The position numbers and the translations under genes were made by a program. From Psammoneis japonica (lineage: Eukaryota), in the NCBI GenBank assembly GCA_008632985.1, contig QPGO01000021.1, positions 558,001-622,000 on the forward strand: a stretch of DNA of 64,000 nucleotides, in the 5' to 3' direction. Below, piece after piece: positions 38,678-50,831 of this stretch. Position 1 is the first letter of the stretch. Every line of letters starts with the position of its first letter. A model generated the notes under the pieces. It had not been told where the DNA came from. It worked only from the letters and a program-made list of their open reading frames with translations, and searched no databases.

Positions 38678-39668
38678 ATGGCGGTTGGCCCTCGGTCGCC
38701 ATCGTTGCGACACCGTCATGGAGGTACGGCTCGTATGGTGCTAACCCTGTTGATGGTGACTGCTATATTGCTGTGTGGTTGGCAGGCTAGTGCTCAGACT
38801 GTTGGGACAGACATTTGTGCTTGTCAACCGGGAACGTACGAATTTACCCTCAATTTTGGCTTGGTGTGCGATGACACGACTGTGGGGGGTCCTGGTGTCA
38901 ATGAGACGGTCTGTTTGACAGAGATTCGCGGTCGAGACAATGTTCCAGCGGAGGATTTGGTGCCCAAGTCGGTGCAAAACGTTCAGATTTTTGAATTGGA
39001 CCAAAATCTGCAGGTGGTTGCCCAAGCGGTCCGAACAGGTCCCTATGTTAACGGTGGCACCTTTACCTACACATCCATCATCGCCACCATGACGCAGGAC
39101 CTTGACTCGATAAGCCTGCCCCGTGGACTGCAAGCTGTAATGACTGGATTGAACGACAATGAAGAGACTGTGATAAACACTTATATAATAGTTTATAACA
39201 ATGACTGCGGAATCTTTCCCGTCTTGGAGGAGGGCGATCAGGCTGGTTGGACCGTGTTTGTAAGTTGCGACATGCATGCAGTCGTTTCCCATGAAGTTGG
39301 CTCACACTGGCCGCTTCTTTTTTGTCTTTTAGACCGATTTGGGCAGTCCTCCGCAGAGCATTTGCCCCGTGGTACCGACGACCCCAGACCCGTCAATGGC
39401 CCCGTCGGATGCTCCAAGCACGGTCCCGTCAATGATCCCGTCGGAGGCTCCGACTCATCCACCCTCTAGCTCACCAAGTCTCAGCAAGGGTGGAAAAAAG
39501 GGCTGCTCCTCGTCCTCCAAGGGCAAGGGTGGAAAAAAGGGCTATTACTTCTCGTCCTCCAAGGGCAAGGGTGGAAAAAAGGGCCACCACTCCTCGTCCT
39601 CCAAGGGCAAGGGTGGAAAAAAGGTCCACCACTCCTCGTCCTCCAAGGGCAAGGGGTATAGGGTATGA
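38678..39668 (+). CDS. Secreted cell-wall/biosilica-type protein with P/S/T linker and silaffin-like Lys-Gly-Ser repeats
   Basis: Signal peptide ..GWQASA|QTVGTDICAC; intron 39260-39332 (GTAAGT..TTTTAG) restores frame; PSMAPSDAPSTVPS linker; SSSKGKGGKK repeats. Confidence 0.8.
39486..39655 (+). repeat. Coding tandem repeat (33-36-bp unit, ~4.5 copies)
   Basis: ctcgtcctccaagggcaagggtggaaaaaagg repeated. Confidence 0.9.
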
Positions 39669-39946
39669 AGTAGCATTGCTGTATTTGACGTTGGAACGAT
39701 TCTTGTGAGACTAGCAAAAATCAGTGAATAACGCGGACACATTTCTTTGAATGAGACGCGGGAATGATGCGTTTACATGAAGCATCAGCAGTAGATTGTT
39801 GTTATTTTCCTGAACACGCTTTTTCGCGACACATTAGACTTGTAACAATTAGCAAATGCTCAAGCCAATACAAAATAGTTGAAATTCAACAAGAAGATTG
39901 TTCTGCACATCACACTCGAGCAATTGGTGAGCCTTCTGCTGTCAAT

Positions 39947-42660
39947 GCCAATCGATGGGTTGATTGCCCTCTGTTGCTCTCAACTCTGCTTTCCTCTGGT
40001 GGCTGAAGTGCTCTTGGACAAGCTCTCTGGTTGGTTGTGGTTCAGGGCCCCAGCCACCAGCACCAGACCTTGAGCTAGAGCTGGCCAAGTTTGGGGTGAC
40101 CCGGATTTGGAGCTCCAGCTAGAAAGCTGCAAAGGGTGGGTGGCATGGGCTGCAAGTGAAGACTCACTCTCAAACTCATCAACGTTGCAGTGCAATGCTG
40201 ATGAAAGAAAGGAATGAGCTTGCTGTGGCTTGCATGGTGCTCATGGGCTCATGCACTGCTTCTGCATTGGCTGTCCAATGCAGGGGCATGTCACAGAAGA
40301 CAACCTCTGCTGATGCAGGGAGAGGCACAGACCAGCACCATCTCTTTGTTGGTCTCAAATCTGTGCTGAGCAAACTTTGTCTTGTTTTCTCCACACTTTG
40401 CCACCAATCACAGAGTGCATTTGGTTGAGAACAAAATGTCCCTGAGCCATGAGTCTGATGCATGGGTGCATGTTGATGAGATCCTCTGCCACTGTTGGCG
40501 GAGGGGGGCATGTGGTGTTTTCTGTGCATGCAGTGCACAGCTCCTCTGTTGCGTGGGATGGTGGTGGCCATGAGGTTGCTGCCAATGTGGGTGGGTGGGA
40601 AAAGTGCTTTCCGTCTCCAGCAAGTCTTTGCTTGTCTGTGTTTCTCCAATTTGTGGGATGTTGTGAGCACTTGCTCCTCTCCAAGGCACCAAAGTTCTGC
40701 CTTTTGTGCAGCTGCTCTCATTTGCAGGGTTGCTGCTTCTTGTCAACACACCCACATTTCTGCAGGTCAGGGCCAAAGCAGAGCCCTTCCAAGGCACCAC
40801 ATCAGTGCAGCTGGCCCTCTTTCTCCAAATCTGATCTCATGCATTCCTCAACCTGTGGCCCTCCACTCCTTGTTGTCTGCTGAGCAAGCACAAGCTTGCG
40901 CGCAGCTCTGACCTGCCTGGGGGGCTGTGTGGAGAGAGAGACATGCCACAGCCTGCTTGAGCATTTGGCATGGGCAGTGCCAGACATGCACTCTGCACTT
41001 TTGGTGCTGTTTGCTCAGCATGGATTTCAGCTGGCACTTGTGTCTGACTTCCACTGCCCTCCTCTGTGCAGTCTTTGTGAGAGCCCTTTGATTTGCAAGG
41101 AGCAACAACCAAGACATTTGGGGCTTCTAAAGACAGATGCAGCAAGTCAGCCCCCCCCTTGGGCTGCACATTGGGTGCATGTGCTGCACATGCCAGTCTC
41201 AAGAACTGTGGGGAACAACAAGAAATTTCATGCACACTCATCATGCTTCAGCAAGAATGGCAAAGTTGCTGGGCCAAGTGCAGGGATCTTTCTGGCTTGA
41301 GTCACAAAAATTCACATGATCAACAATGGCCCATGGTGTGCCACTGTCACTGCTTGCACCTTGTGGTGCTTTCATCAATGTGCAACCTGGCCAATCATGG
41401 CGGGGCACAAAGCTTGCGATGTTTTTCATGCTGGTGGCTTGCTGGCACTGGTGGTGTGCCACTGTCTGCAAAAAAAAAGCTGACTGCTGGGAGCTCATTG
41501 TGCCAAACATTTGGGAGGGGGGTTGTTTCTGCAAGGAGGAGCCACTTTTGGGTTGCTTGATCAGTGTGTTGTCAACTTGAGCTGGAGAGGTTGGCACTCC
41601 CTCTTGCTTCTGCCAGCACACAAGTGAAGCTCAAAGCAGAGAGCATGGCAGCCAACAAAGAGAGCCAAGTTGTGGCAGGCATTTTTGCAGCAGACATTGT
41701 TGGGAAGGTTGTCACTTTGGCAATGAAGGAAAACCCAGACCATGAAAACATGTCCAAAAAGTGCTGGGATGCACTGCATGACATTTTTGCATTTCAGCAC
41801 TTGCTGCCCAACATGGGTCGCCCCATTTTTGTTGTTTTTCATTGCAGCCACCTGCAAATGATGGACTTCTTCAAGCACACAGCACTGCCAACATGCTGCA
41901 CCACAACTCTCTGACATGTGGGTCTTGTGGTCTCTCACCACACTGGTGCACATTTGAGGAAAGTTGCTTTTCTCACCACCTGTGCTGGAAAGAACCCCTG
42001 GTCTCTCTGTTGTTTGGTGCCATGCTTCAAATTTTTGGAAAGTTGGGTCTGCTCCTTGTCTTCTGAAACTGTCAAGAATGCACAGCAAGAGGCAAAGCAG
42101 CAAGTCTGGCCTCTCAGTGACTTCTCTGTGTGGTCCAGTGTTTGCCAAATGACACCCAGAGCTGGGCATGGCTCCCAGCTTTCTCTCTCCATCACTGAAG
42201 CAGCACCCAAAGGCTCAGGGGAGTTTTGTGGAAACACCCCCAAACCACTGACTTCCAACTCCCAACACAACTTCAACTGCCCCAGGCACAGTTGCAGGCG
42301 CACATGTCTTTGTCATGTGCTGCAAAAAAAAGAGCACACACGAGTGAGGAGAGAGACAGCATCTGCCCTGCACATCAGTGGGCACAAGAAGTGGGGCAAT
42401 GCAGGCAGCACTCTCAGGCTTTGACAAACCATTGTTGTTGCAACACCAGGAGCTCCGCCAGAGCTCTGCAGATGGCCCAAATTGTTCCTCCCGCCCCCGG
42501 CCCACCACCACACACTCGGTCACTCCTTGTTTGCATGCTTCTGGCTCTGGGCCCAGGTCCCAACATTGGGATCTCAGTCAATCTTTAGCAATTGGGTGGG
42601 CACAGTCTCAAACTGCTGGCTTCGAACTAACTCTGCTCCAACTGTCCTCTCCTGGCAGCC
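39947..42660. mobile_element. Degenerate repeat-derived block starting with an inverted copy of 38017-38350
   Basis: 39947-40288 is the reverse complement of about 38017-38350; the remainder is TpA/CpG depleted. Confidence 0.6.
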
Positions 42661-43039
42661 ACAGCTAGAGCGACCGTTGTAGCGGACGACTGGTTTCGAA
42701 GCATCTGCGCTTCCGAATGATTCATTCGCTCGCGCGCTCTCGCCAGAAAATTTTCGGTTCTCGAGAGCTTGTCGAGAGGCAAATCGGAAGGAAAAACAGC
42801 TGACACTATCTACGTGGAAATTACTTGGAAAAGACATTTTGATAGGAGAAGTTTCCTTTCGAACATCACGTTCTCACAGACACCCTAAATCTTGCTGACA
42901 GCTGCTTCCACAGCACTTCACGTCCAAGAGGGACATCATCATCAATCATCACCAGAGAAGAGAATCAGAGTGTTCCCAACGCACAGCTCCTCCATTCATC
43001 GCTTAAGAGATACTTCAGGAAGTTGTGGTGTTGTCGACC

Positions 43040-44263
43040 ATGAGTGTGACGGTGACAGAAGTGAGGTGTGCTACCTCAACCCTTCGATTGCACAATCACA
43101 GAGAGCCTATTGATGAATCGCGCTTTGATTCAGACGCTGAACCGGATGATGCGGGACCGGAGACATTGACTTGGAGAAGTGACCCCAAAGAGAGCTTGAG
43201 CGATTGGTGTATTCGAGTAAAGTACATTGAGACTGATTCAGGAGAAGCGAGAACGACAGAGTATCACGTTCATAAGAATATGTTGGTGGTAGGCAAGCGG
43301 AAGAGCGAGTACTTTGCGTCTCTGTTTCGGAATGACTTTGCAGAAAAACTCGATCATACGAGCACTGTAGAATTTCCAGAACTGGCAGCCAAGGCCTTTC
43401 CCGCTCTGTTGGACTATCTGTATTCGTCAGACGACACTCTTCACATCACTACCCAGAGCGCTACGGCTCTTTATCATCTCGCTGGATACTTTGGGATTCG
43501 CCGCTTACGGTGGAAAGCTAAACGTTTCTGGACTCAAGATATGAATCTCAACTTTACGACCTGCGGTATTTACTTGGAACACGCCAGTATTCTTCATGAC
43601 GAAAAGGTATTGGAGGTGTCTCTTGATACTTGCAAGAAACATATTATGGATATGGATACGTCTTCGCGGCTGGTCCATGTCTATCGTCCAGAGGTTTGGT
43701 TGGAGTTGCTCGAATCCGTCCCCAAGGACACGGAGGGCAGTTTGCACTTTAGCCATCTCGTTTCTGTCTTGTTTGAGAACTTAGAGATGGAGAATGAGAG
43801 CTTTCAGAGACTTACAGACCAGCAGGCCATGCCGGAGATCCACCCAGACGCTGCTATCGCACTCCTGGACGCTGAACGGAGATTTGTCAAACCGACGTAT
43901 GCGGACCAGTCTTGCCTTCAGAAACGATGCATTCGCAGTCTTGCCGCAAACTGGGACTTTGTAAGCTTGGAGAATGTGGAGAGAATCAAGCGTCAGCACC
44001 CTTCGGTGTTGGGAGAAATCATTGTACAAGTCATTGGAGCTGCAAAGACCAAGAAAGAATTATTCAAGAAGGAGCTCTCCAACTTCAAGAGAGTCCCCGA
44101 CGCGGCATCCATCTACTACTCGCCATCTGAGCCTCCATCACACGATCAATTGCCTTCGCTCCTCAAGACGGATTCACAAGGGCTCATGACCAAGCAGTTT
44201 AGTGCACGTAAGGTGCGCCAGAGTTATCCAATGTTTTACTACCAATACGACGCTTTGGGATAG
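43040..44263 (+). CDS. BTB/POZ domain protein, paralogue 1
   Basis: LTWRSDPKESLSDW, YHVHKNMLVVGKRKSEYF..LF, AFPALLDYLY and ATALYHLAGYFGI motifs. Confidence 0.85.
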   Translation: MSVTVTEVRCATSTLRLHNHREPIDESRFDSDAEPDDAGPETLTWRSDPKESLSDWCIRVKYIETDSGEARTTEYHVHKNMLVVGKRKSEYFASLFRNDFAEKLDHTSTVEFPELAAKAFPALLDYLYSSDDTLHITTQSATALYHLAGYFGIRRLRWKAKRFWTQDMNLNFTTCGIYLEHASILHDEKVLEVSLDTCKKHIMDMDTSSRLVHVYRPEVWLELLESVPKDTEGSLHFSHLVSVLFENLEMENESFQRLTDQQAMPEIHPDAAIALLDAERRFVKPTYADQSCLQKRCIRSLAANWDFVSLENVERIKRQHPSVLGEIIVQVIGAAKTKKELFKKELSNFKRVPDAASIYYSPSEPPSHDQLPSLLKTDSQGLMTKQFSARKVRQSYPMFYYQYDALG

Positions 44264-44958
44264 CTCGACACTACACAAGAAGTGGTGGTGGTTCTCTTGT
44301 TCTTTCTGTCCTACGATACATCAGAAACTGGAAATGACGCTACTCTGATGCGTTTAAACATGTGACTGTGAATCGTTATTGTTTCCATGTCTCCCTCGGC
44401 ACACTCTTCATCCTGCATATTTATCACTCAGCCATTAACACGATAGTAACCTTAGGACTGGCGTTTTCAAAGTTTTTCTTTTAAAATGTGGAATCTTAAA
44501 TGCAACTTCGCTATGATTGTTTCTTAGAGAATGGTTGGGTTCAGCGCTCAGAACTACAGTATGATAGCCTCTCTCTAGAATGTAGAGAACATCCTTTTTT
44601 ATTGTGTTTGAAACAAGCACTGGTGTTTTCATTTGAACCAGCTAGAGATTGACTCCAAAGAATCCTTTTGCAGCAAGCGTTGCGACTTAAACTCACAGAC
44701 TCCTATGGCATAGCTATACGGTAGAATATTATAGCTCATCGCGTCGTCGAGAGGATCAAGATTACCATTCGCATGTTGAGAAGCCGACGAATCCTTTTTG
44801 AGTCACGACCACGATTGGAACGATGTCTCCTAAATGTCAATGACATCACCAACTGCAACTTCAACGCACCCGGAAATTCCCTTCTGACTCCGACCTTTTC
44901 AAACCAACTTGACCACGCATGCGAATTTCAACGAATCTGCGTCGACAACGTGCAGAAG

Positions 44959-46239
44959 ATGAGACGAGGGCTTCTCTTTCGATATCTCATCATCATTGCG
45001 ACCAACACTACACTATGCAAGGACTGTTCTCCTTACTATACTGAACTAGGATCCCTCAAGCATAGCAATAATGACTCCGAGGATGAAGAACACGATCTTG
45101 CAGCCTTTGATTCCGATCAAGAACCAGATGATTCTGATCACGAGAATTTGACCTGGCGCATGCCTCCCGAACAAAGCTTGAGCGATTGGTGTATTCAGTT
45201 AAATTACACAGAGGAAGAAACCGGAAAGACTGTAACCGATATATACCATGTACACAAGAACATGTTGGTGGTGGGAAAGCGGAAAAGCGAGTACTTTATG
45301 TCGCTGTTTCGCAACGAATTCGCCGAGCAGGAAACGCAGAGAAGCGTGATTGACTTGCCAGAGATTGCAGCCAAAGCGTTCCCGATTGCGTTGGACTATA
45401 TGTATTCTTCTTCGGATATCATTGCGGAAATGAAAACCCACAACGCGACGGCTCTTTCGTTCCTTGCTCGATACTTTGGGATATGGCGATTGCGCTGGCG
45501 AACAAAGCAGTTCTGGAGTCAGGACTTGAATCTCAATTTTACAACTTGCGGTGTGTACATGGAACACGCCACGATACTGGGGGAAGAAAAGGTGCTTGAT
45601 GCTGCTCTCAAGACTTGTAAAGCGCACATTATGGATATGGACGCTTCTTCCCGGCTTGTTCATGTGAACTACCCCGACGTGTGGTTTGCTCTGCTTGAAA
45701 GCATCCCCAAGGATAGCGAGGGATCATATCATATGAGCACGCTGCTTTCCATGCTGTTTGAGAACGTTGAGATGACACCAGAAAACTTCCAAATGCTTAC
45801 AGATCAGGCTGTTCTGCCACATATCCATCCAGATGCAACACTGCCTCTGTTGGACGCAGAACGAAGAATTGTGAAACCAACTTACACAGAGCAGACCAGT
45901 CTGCAGACACGCTGCATTCAGGCTCTCGCCAGTAACTGGGATTTTGTAAGTTTGAATAATGTTGAACGCATTAAACTCCAGCATCCGTCCATTCTCGGAG
46001 AAATCCTTATTCAAGTCATGACAGAAGCCAAGACAAAGAAGGAACGGTACAAAAAGGAGCTTTCTCGGTTCAAGCGCGCACCCGAGACTGCCCAAGTCTA
46101 TCCGGCATCAAACTTGTTGACAAGCAACCAACTCCCCTCTCTGCTCAAGAGCGAGTCGCAAGGTCTCATGACGAACCAATACGATCGCCGCAAAACGCTT
46201 CGGAGTTACCCGTTGTTTTACTACCAAAATGACGCCTAG
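44959..46239 (+). CDS. BTB/POZ domain protein, paralogue 2 (true start uncertain)
   Basis: Colinear with 43040-44263 from FDSDQEPDD to YPLFYYQNDA. Confidence 0.82.
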   Translation: MRRGLLFRYLIIIATNTTLCKDCSPYYTELGSLKHSNNDSEDEEHDLAAFDSDQEPDDSDHENLTWRMPPEQSLSDWCIQLNYTEEETGKTVTDIYHVHKNMLVVGKRKSEYFMSLFRNEFAEQETQRSVIDLPEIAAKAFPIALDYMYSSSDIIAEMKTHNATALSFLARYFGIWRLRWRTKQFWSQDLNLNFTTCGVYMEHATILGEEKVLDAALKTCKAHIMDMDASSRLVHVNYPDVWFALLESIPKDSEGSYHMSTLLSMLFENVEMTPENFQMLTDQAVLPHIHPDATLPLLDAERRIVKPTYTEQTSLQTRCIQALASNWDFVSLNNVERIKLQHPSILGEILIQVMTEAKTKKERYKKELSRFKRAPETAQVYPASNLLTSNQLPSLLKSESQGLMTNQYDRRKTLRSYPLFYYQNDA

Positions 46240-46781
46240 AGAGGATCACTTCGTTTTGATCGTTTGTACATATGCATGTGGTATGTGGTTTTTCCCTAGC
46301 AAACTGTTGTCTGCAACAGATTTTCTCTATTACTCTACCTAATAATAACAAATTTTGCGGATTTCATTCAAATCAGATTCGAACTCAGCCGGGGTATTAT
46401 TATTTGTAACCTCTTACTCGTACCGGTATTTGCCTTCGCATCGTTGTAGAATCCCAATCTACTCTAGCTAGGGCCCTAGCTCTAGAGAATTGCGCAAAAG
46501 ATCGCGCGTCCACCGGCTCAGATATCTGAGCCTGTAGTGGCGCGTCGAGCTCACAAATCCGCAAGAGTTTCAATTTCAGCGGACTGACTCTATCTGAGAC
46601 TGCTGCGTGTCTGGTGTCAGCAAAACAAGATCTGCGTTGGATGGGATCTGGTGCGTACACACCACCACCAAGTTGAAGCAAAACGCCTGTGTGTCCTGTC
46701 TATGGAGTATCGAGGATATAGAAATAGAGGAACAACCAGTGAAAGATTGGCGCACAACAGAGAAATCAGAAAAACCGCAGC

Positions 46782-48336
46782 ATGGGCCGATTCTTTCGAG
46801 CCAAACTCACCGGCGCGCAAGCCAACCTCTTTGCTCAAGGTTGTATCCACTACAGCGAGGCGGCAGAGGAAGAGTGTAACGACACTCCAGAAAGATATCC
46901 GCTCTTTTCTTGGATGAGCCCGAACCAACGAATTCATCTCGTGAGCGAATTAGCGGTCGGATTGCTTTGCCCAGAAGAACCGTTACCGCCCGATACACTT
47001 CAACACTACGCGTCATATCTTGGAGTCATCGACTGTATTGACACTGAGCTTGCAATCGAAATGGATGACAATTCAGTTGCAGGTGATTTTCTAAATGAGT
47101 TTTATGGAAGAAAGGAGCCTGTATATCAACCTTCAACCTGGAGCCAAGAAGAAGAGGCAAAATATAGGCACGATAAGTTTCTCATTGGACGCGCTGCGGA
47201 GAAGAGCAAGCGAAGAATCGACCGAAAGGTGGCCAGCAATAAAGGGAATAGCAGGCATGCGGAATACGCAGCAAAGGAACCGTCGCATCAAGACAGGATG
47301 GATACGTTCAAATTTGTATCAGAGTTGATTTCCAACGTGTTTTCGGGCACACCTTGCAGTGAAGAAGACCGCCGTCCTCCCCGCCCACTGACAGCTGAAG
47401 AAAAGATTTATGGATTTCACTGGCGGCTACTGTGTGATGCTGCTTTCCAACAAGACAGGCCTGTAAACGCCATTCAGTCTCCACCCCCACTGTCTCGTGT
47501 CAACTTCTGCTGGCATTGTGACGAACATAAAAGGTGGTCTGGCGCTTTACACATGTTGATGTCAGGCAGACTGGGGGCTTTAAGGCTTGATCAAATGGAA
47601 GAGAGCTTACTCTGCGGCGGCGAGATCGGCGACTTACAGTACGCCGATCGCACGCAACATCCCCGTATTCGTGCAGTTCAAGAAAAGGTGGATGAGTACC
47701 GCTCTTCGTATGATTCACGTTGGAAGCCCGAAGATAGTGGGTATGATCAACGCTTGATCTTTGCTGTTTGTAGTACAGAGTTTTACGTCAGCACAGAACA
47801 CTGTCCATTTGCGTTGGAGTTCCAAAAAAGGTGCCGCGAAGCAGGGTTTGAGCTGAATGAATCCTTTGAGGACGAAGAAAAGATGGTCTGGTGCCAGGCT
47901 GGACACTTTCAGGAACGTCTCAACATATTTCGTGACATGAAGCGTGGTGAGGACTTCCAGATTGGACTTGCAAAATGCTACAATCACAAGCTTGACTGGT
48001 CTGAGCGGCACCCGAAAGACTTTCAGCCAATGGCGGTCTTTTTCAACCAAGGATGTTCCAATCCTGAATCATCGAAACGTTGCATTCTTGCAAGTGAGGA
48101 CTCATTGAAACGATGTGCACGCTGCAGGGTTGTCCAGTACTGCTCAAAGGAATGTCAACGAGAGGACTGGCCAAGGCACAAGAAGTAAGGCACTTGTATA
48201 GTTTCGGTACGCTTTTCGCAAAGGCCAGCAACTTACTGTTCTCGATTTCCTCTTTGCGCCCTTCAGGGAATGCGATTCACTTGCCAAAAATCGGAAAGAC
48301 AAAGAAAAGCTGAAGCAGATAATGGAGGACTTTTGA
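46782..48336 (+). CDS. MYND zinc-finger protein
   Basis: C-terminal [23 protein letters not shown]; intron 48185-48266 (GTAAGG..TTCAG) completes HKKEC; stop at 48334-48336. Confidence 0.82.
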
Positions 48337-49019
48337 GATATTGGCGAGGGAGATTGAGACCCACGGTATATTGATGGTACTCTCACTCGTCTGTCGATAC
48401 GCAGAATGGAGATTGAGAACCCAATGTAATGTTGGTCGATGCCTCAACATGGAAAGTTGTGTCTCAGTGTTCGTGTGTCGCGTAGGTTTTCTTTGACTTA
48501 CACGTTCAAATCAACATGTGTCAGATCCAAAACTACGTATCTCTGAGATAACATGAAATAGTGTTTGTTGCAGATTGTGTAAGATTCATTAATGCCGAGC
48601 AATCACCGCCGGGTCGACGCATCCTGTACTGTCTCTCTTTTTGCCCTTCGGCTTGCATTGAATTGTGTATTTTGTGTGTAAAGAGTGTAACTGTCGCAGA
48701 TACGGTACGTGCCCTCCTCAATCATACGTATGATATTCTGATGCTCCACAGAGGCGTAAACTTTGACAGATTGGTTAATGTTTGTTTGCTGCAACGGTTG
48801 CACTGGTTTTGTCAGCTCAGGCTGGGAATGATCCGTAACCCGCCGGGATATCTCTTCCACGAGGTCGAGTTGAGTTGAGTACATCTACAAGATCACTCGC
48901 GTTCTTAATTCTAGAAAATGCACGATGATCTCGAATCACTCCCAAATTGACAACATGTCTTATTATTAGTAATGTACCACAATGTAACAAAACTATGGAC
49001 CCGATCGATGATAGCGACT

Positions 49020-50831
49020 TTAGTTGAAACTTCCAGTGATGTTGCTCAAGTTTGCAATCACTGTAACCGTTGTCAATATTGCCACGGCCCAATAGAATAC
49101 CGTGAATTGGTCCCTGACGTCTTTAGCGAGTTTTTCATTCGACTCCCTCATGGCCTTGGCCAGCTCTTGGTTCGACGTGCAAAACTCTTGGCAACAACCC
49201 TTCAGCTCTGAGAGAAGCGCTTCGTTAGAGACTTGAATGTCGCTTAGCAGCTTCTTGTTTGATACTCGCAGCATTTCCTTGGCAAAATTTTCGTTGGATT
49301 TCTGAAAGTTCTTGCGGCACTCTTCACTCAGGACGGCCATTTCCTTGGCTAGCAATTCATTCGACTGTTCAACAGTTTTGCTTGTCTCTCTAACAACGCT
49401 CTTCATCTCCTTTGCAAGTGTCTCGTTCGATTTCTGAATGCCGTGGCGGGTTTCAGTCAAAGAATTGTTCAGGTCCTTGGCCAAAGCTGCATTCTGTTCT
49501 CGAACGTCCTTGTAATTTCCAACAAGAGCATTCATCGTTTGCTTTACAAGCTCCTTGGTCGACGTATGCGTATCGTTTTGCGCCTTTGCCACGGCGCCCG
49601 TAATTTCCTCGAGTACGGCCTTGTTCGAAACCTGAACAGTCGCGAGGGCCTCGGCTGCAGCGTCGCTCACATCCTTGACGGACGTCTCATTCAATCTTTC
49701 AATACCCTTGCGGCTTTCCGAAATCAAATGTTCCAGTCGCTGGGCCAAAGCTTCATTTGACTTTTCAAAATCCGTTCGGGACTGCACAATCGAATCTTTC
49801 GTTTCCTTGACCAAAACACTGTTGGAATTCTGAACCGCATCACAGCACTTGGTCACTGAAGCGCGGAGTCCCTTGCGCAGAGCTTCATTCCAGTTCTGTA
49901 CATCCTTACTAGACCGCACAATACAATCACGCATGCCCTTGACATGAACATCGTTTGAGCTCTGGATATCCTTGACGAGATGTTGGTTCGATGCAGTCAT
50001 TTCGTTGGATAGCTCTTGATTCGAGTTTCGAATATCATTGACCAGGTTCTTGTTGGAGCTCGTCATCCCCTCGACAAGAGCATCGCGCGACTTTTGAATA
50101 TCCCTGACGAGGTCTTCGTTTGATGCAATGGTTGCCTTGACGAGCAGTTCGTTAGAGGTATGAATATCGTTGCAGCACTCCCCTACAGATACACGCACAT
50201 CGTTGGCAAGCGCATCGTTGGAGCTCTGCAGGTCCTTTTCCAGAAGAGCCTTGTTGGAATTGCAAAAGCTTTCGCAGCACTCCACAATCAAATCTCGCAT
50301 TCTCTGGGTAAGACTTTCGTTTGGTTCAAGCTCGCTTGCGGCAACGTCTTGATCAACCACGCGTCTCTCAATGCCGGTATCATGACTACGACGACTCGTG
50401 CCCAAAAGCTCCATACGATGCCGGAGCTCCACGGCAGACGCGTCTCTTGCTTCCTTGTCAAGCGCGGCTGCCACGACCGACATTTCCTGAACACAAGATG
50501 ATTCGTTGGAGCTGCAATCTGAATCCGAATCTCTCGTCGTGTTGTGGATAGACGTACGTGTTGGTTGAGCCGCTGCTTCTAGAGCAAGAGTGCCTCGAGG
50601 AGCTTTCTTGGTCGTGTTGTTGTCCTTGTCAATCGTGGGATAGGTCCACTTGTCACCAAATAAGCTGGAAAGGGGTATAATCACCGTCATGACACAAAAC
50701 AAACCCAATATCGTTGTCTTGTTGTCGTGAGGAACCACCTCACGGAGAAGGACCGAGCAGAAATGAATCATAAAGGGTAATAGGCAGGCTAGCAGTGATG
50801 ACGGAGACGACAAGGGTCCTCTTGTTCTCAT
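49020..50831 (-). CDS. Membrane-anchored coiled-coil protein with repeated SNExL.. units
   Basis: Two N-terminal hydrophobic segments, about 20 repeats of an 11/22-aa amphipathic unit and a C-terminal TM; start uncertain (ORF open to 50942). Confidence 0.72.
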   Translation of the reverse strand: MRTRGPLSSPSSLLACLLPFMIHFCSVLLREVVPHDNKTTILGLFCVMTVIIPLSSLFGDKWTYPTIDKDNNTTKKAPRGTLALEAAAQPTRTSIHNTTRDSDSDCSSNESSCVQEMSVVAAALDKEARDASAVELRHRMELLGTSRRSHDTGIERRVVDQDVAASELEPNESLTQRMRDLIVECCESFCNSNKALLEKDLQSSNDALANDVRVSVGECCNDIHTSNELLVKATIASNEDLVRDIQKSRDALVEGMTSSNKNLVNDIRNSNQELSNEMTASNQHLVKDIQSSNDVHVKGMRDCIVRSSKDVQNWNEALRKGLRASVTKCCDAVQNSNSVLVKETKDSIVQSRTDFEKSNEALAQRLEHLISESRKGIERLNETSVKDVSDAAAEALATVQVSNKAVLEEITGAVAKAQNDTHTSTKELVKQTMNALVGNYKDVREQNAALAKDLNNSLTETRHGIQKSNETLAKEMKSVVRETSKTVEQSNELLAKEMAVLSEECRKNFQKSNENFAKEMLRVSNKKLLSDIQVSNEALLSELKGCCQEFCTSNQELAKAMRESNEKLAKDVRDQFTVFYWAVAILTTVTVIANLSNITGSFN

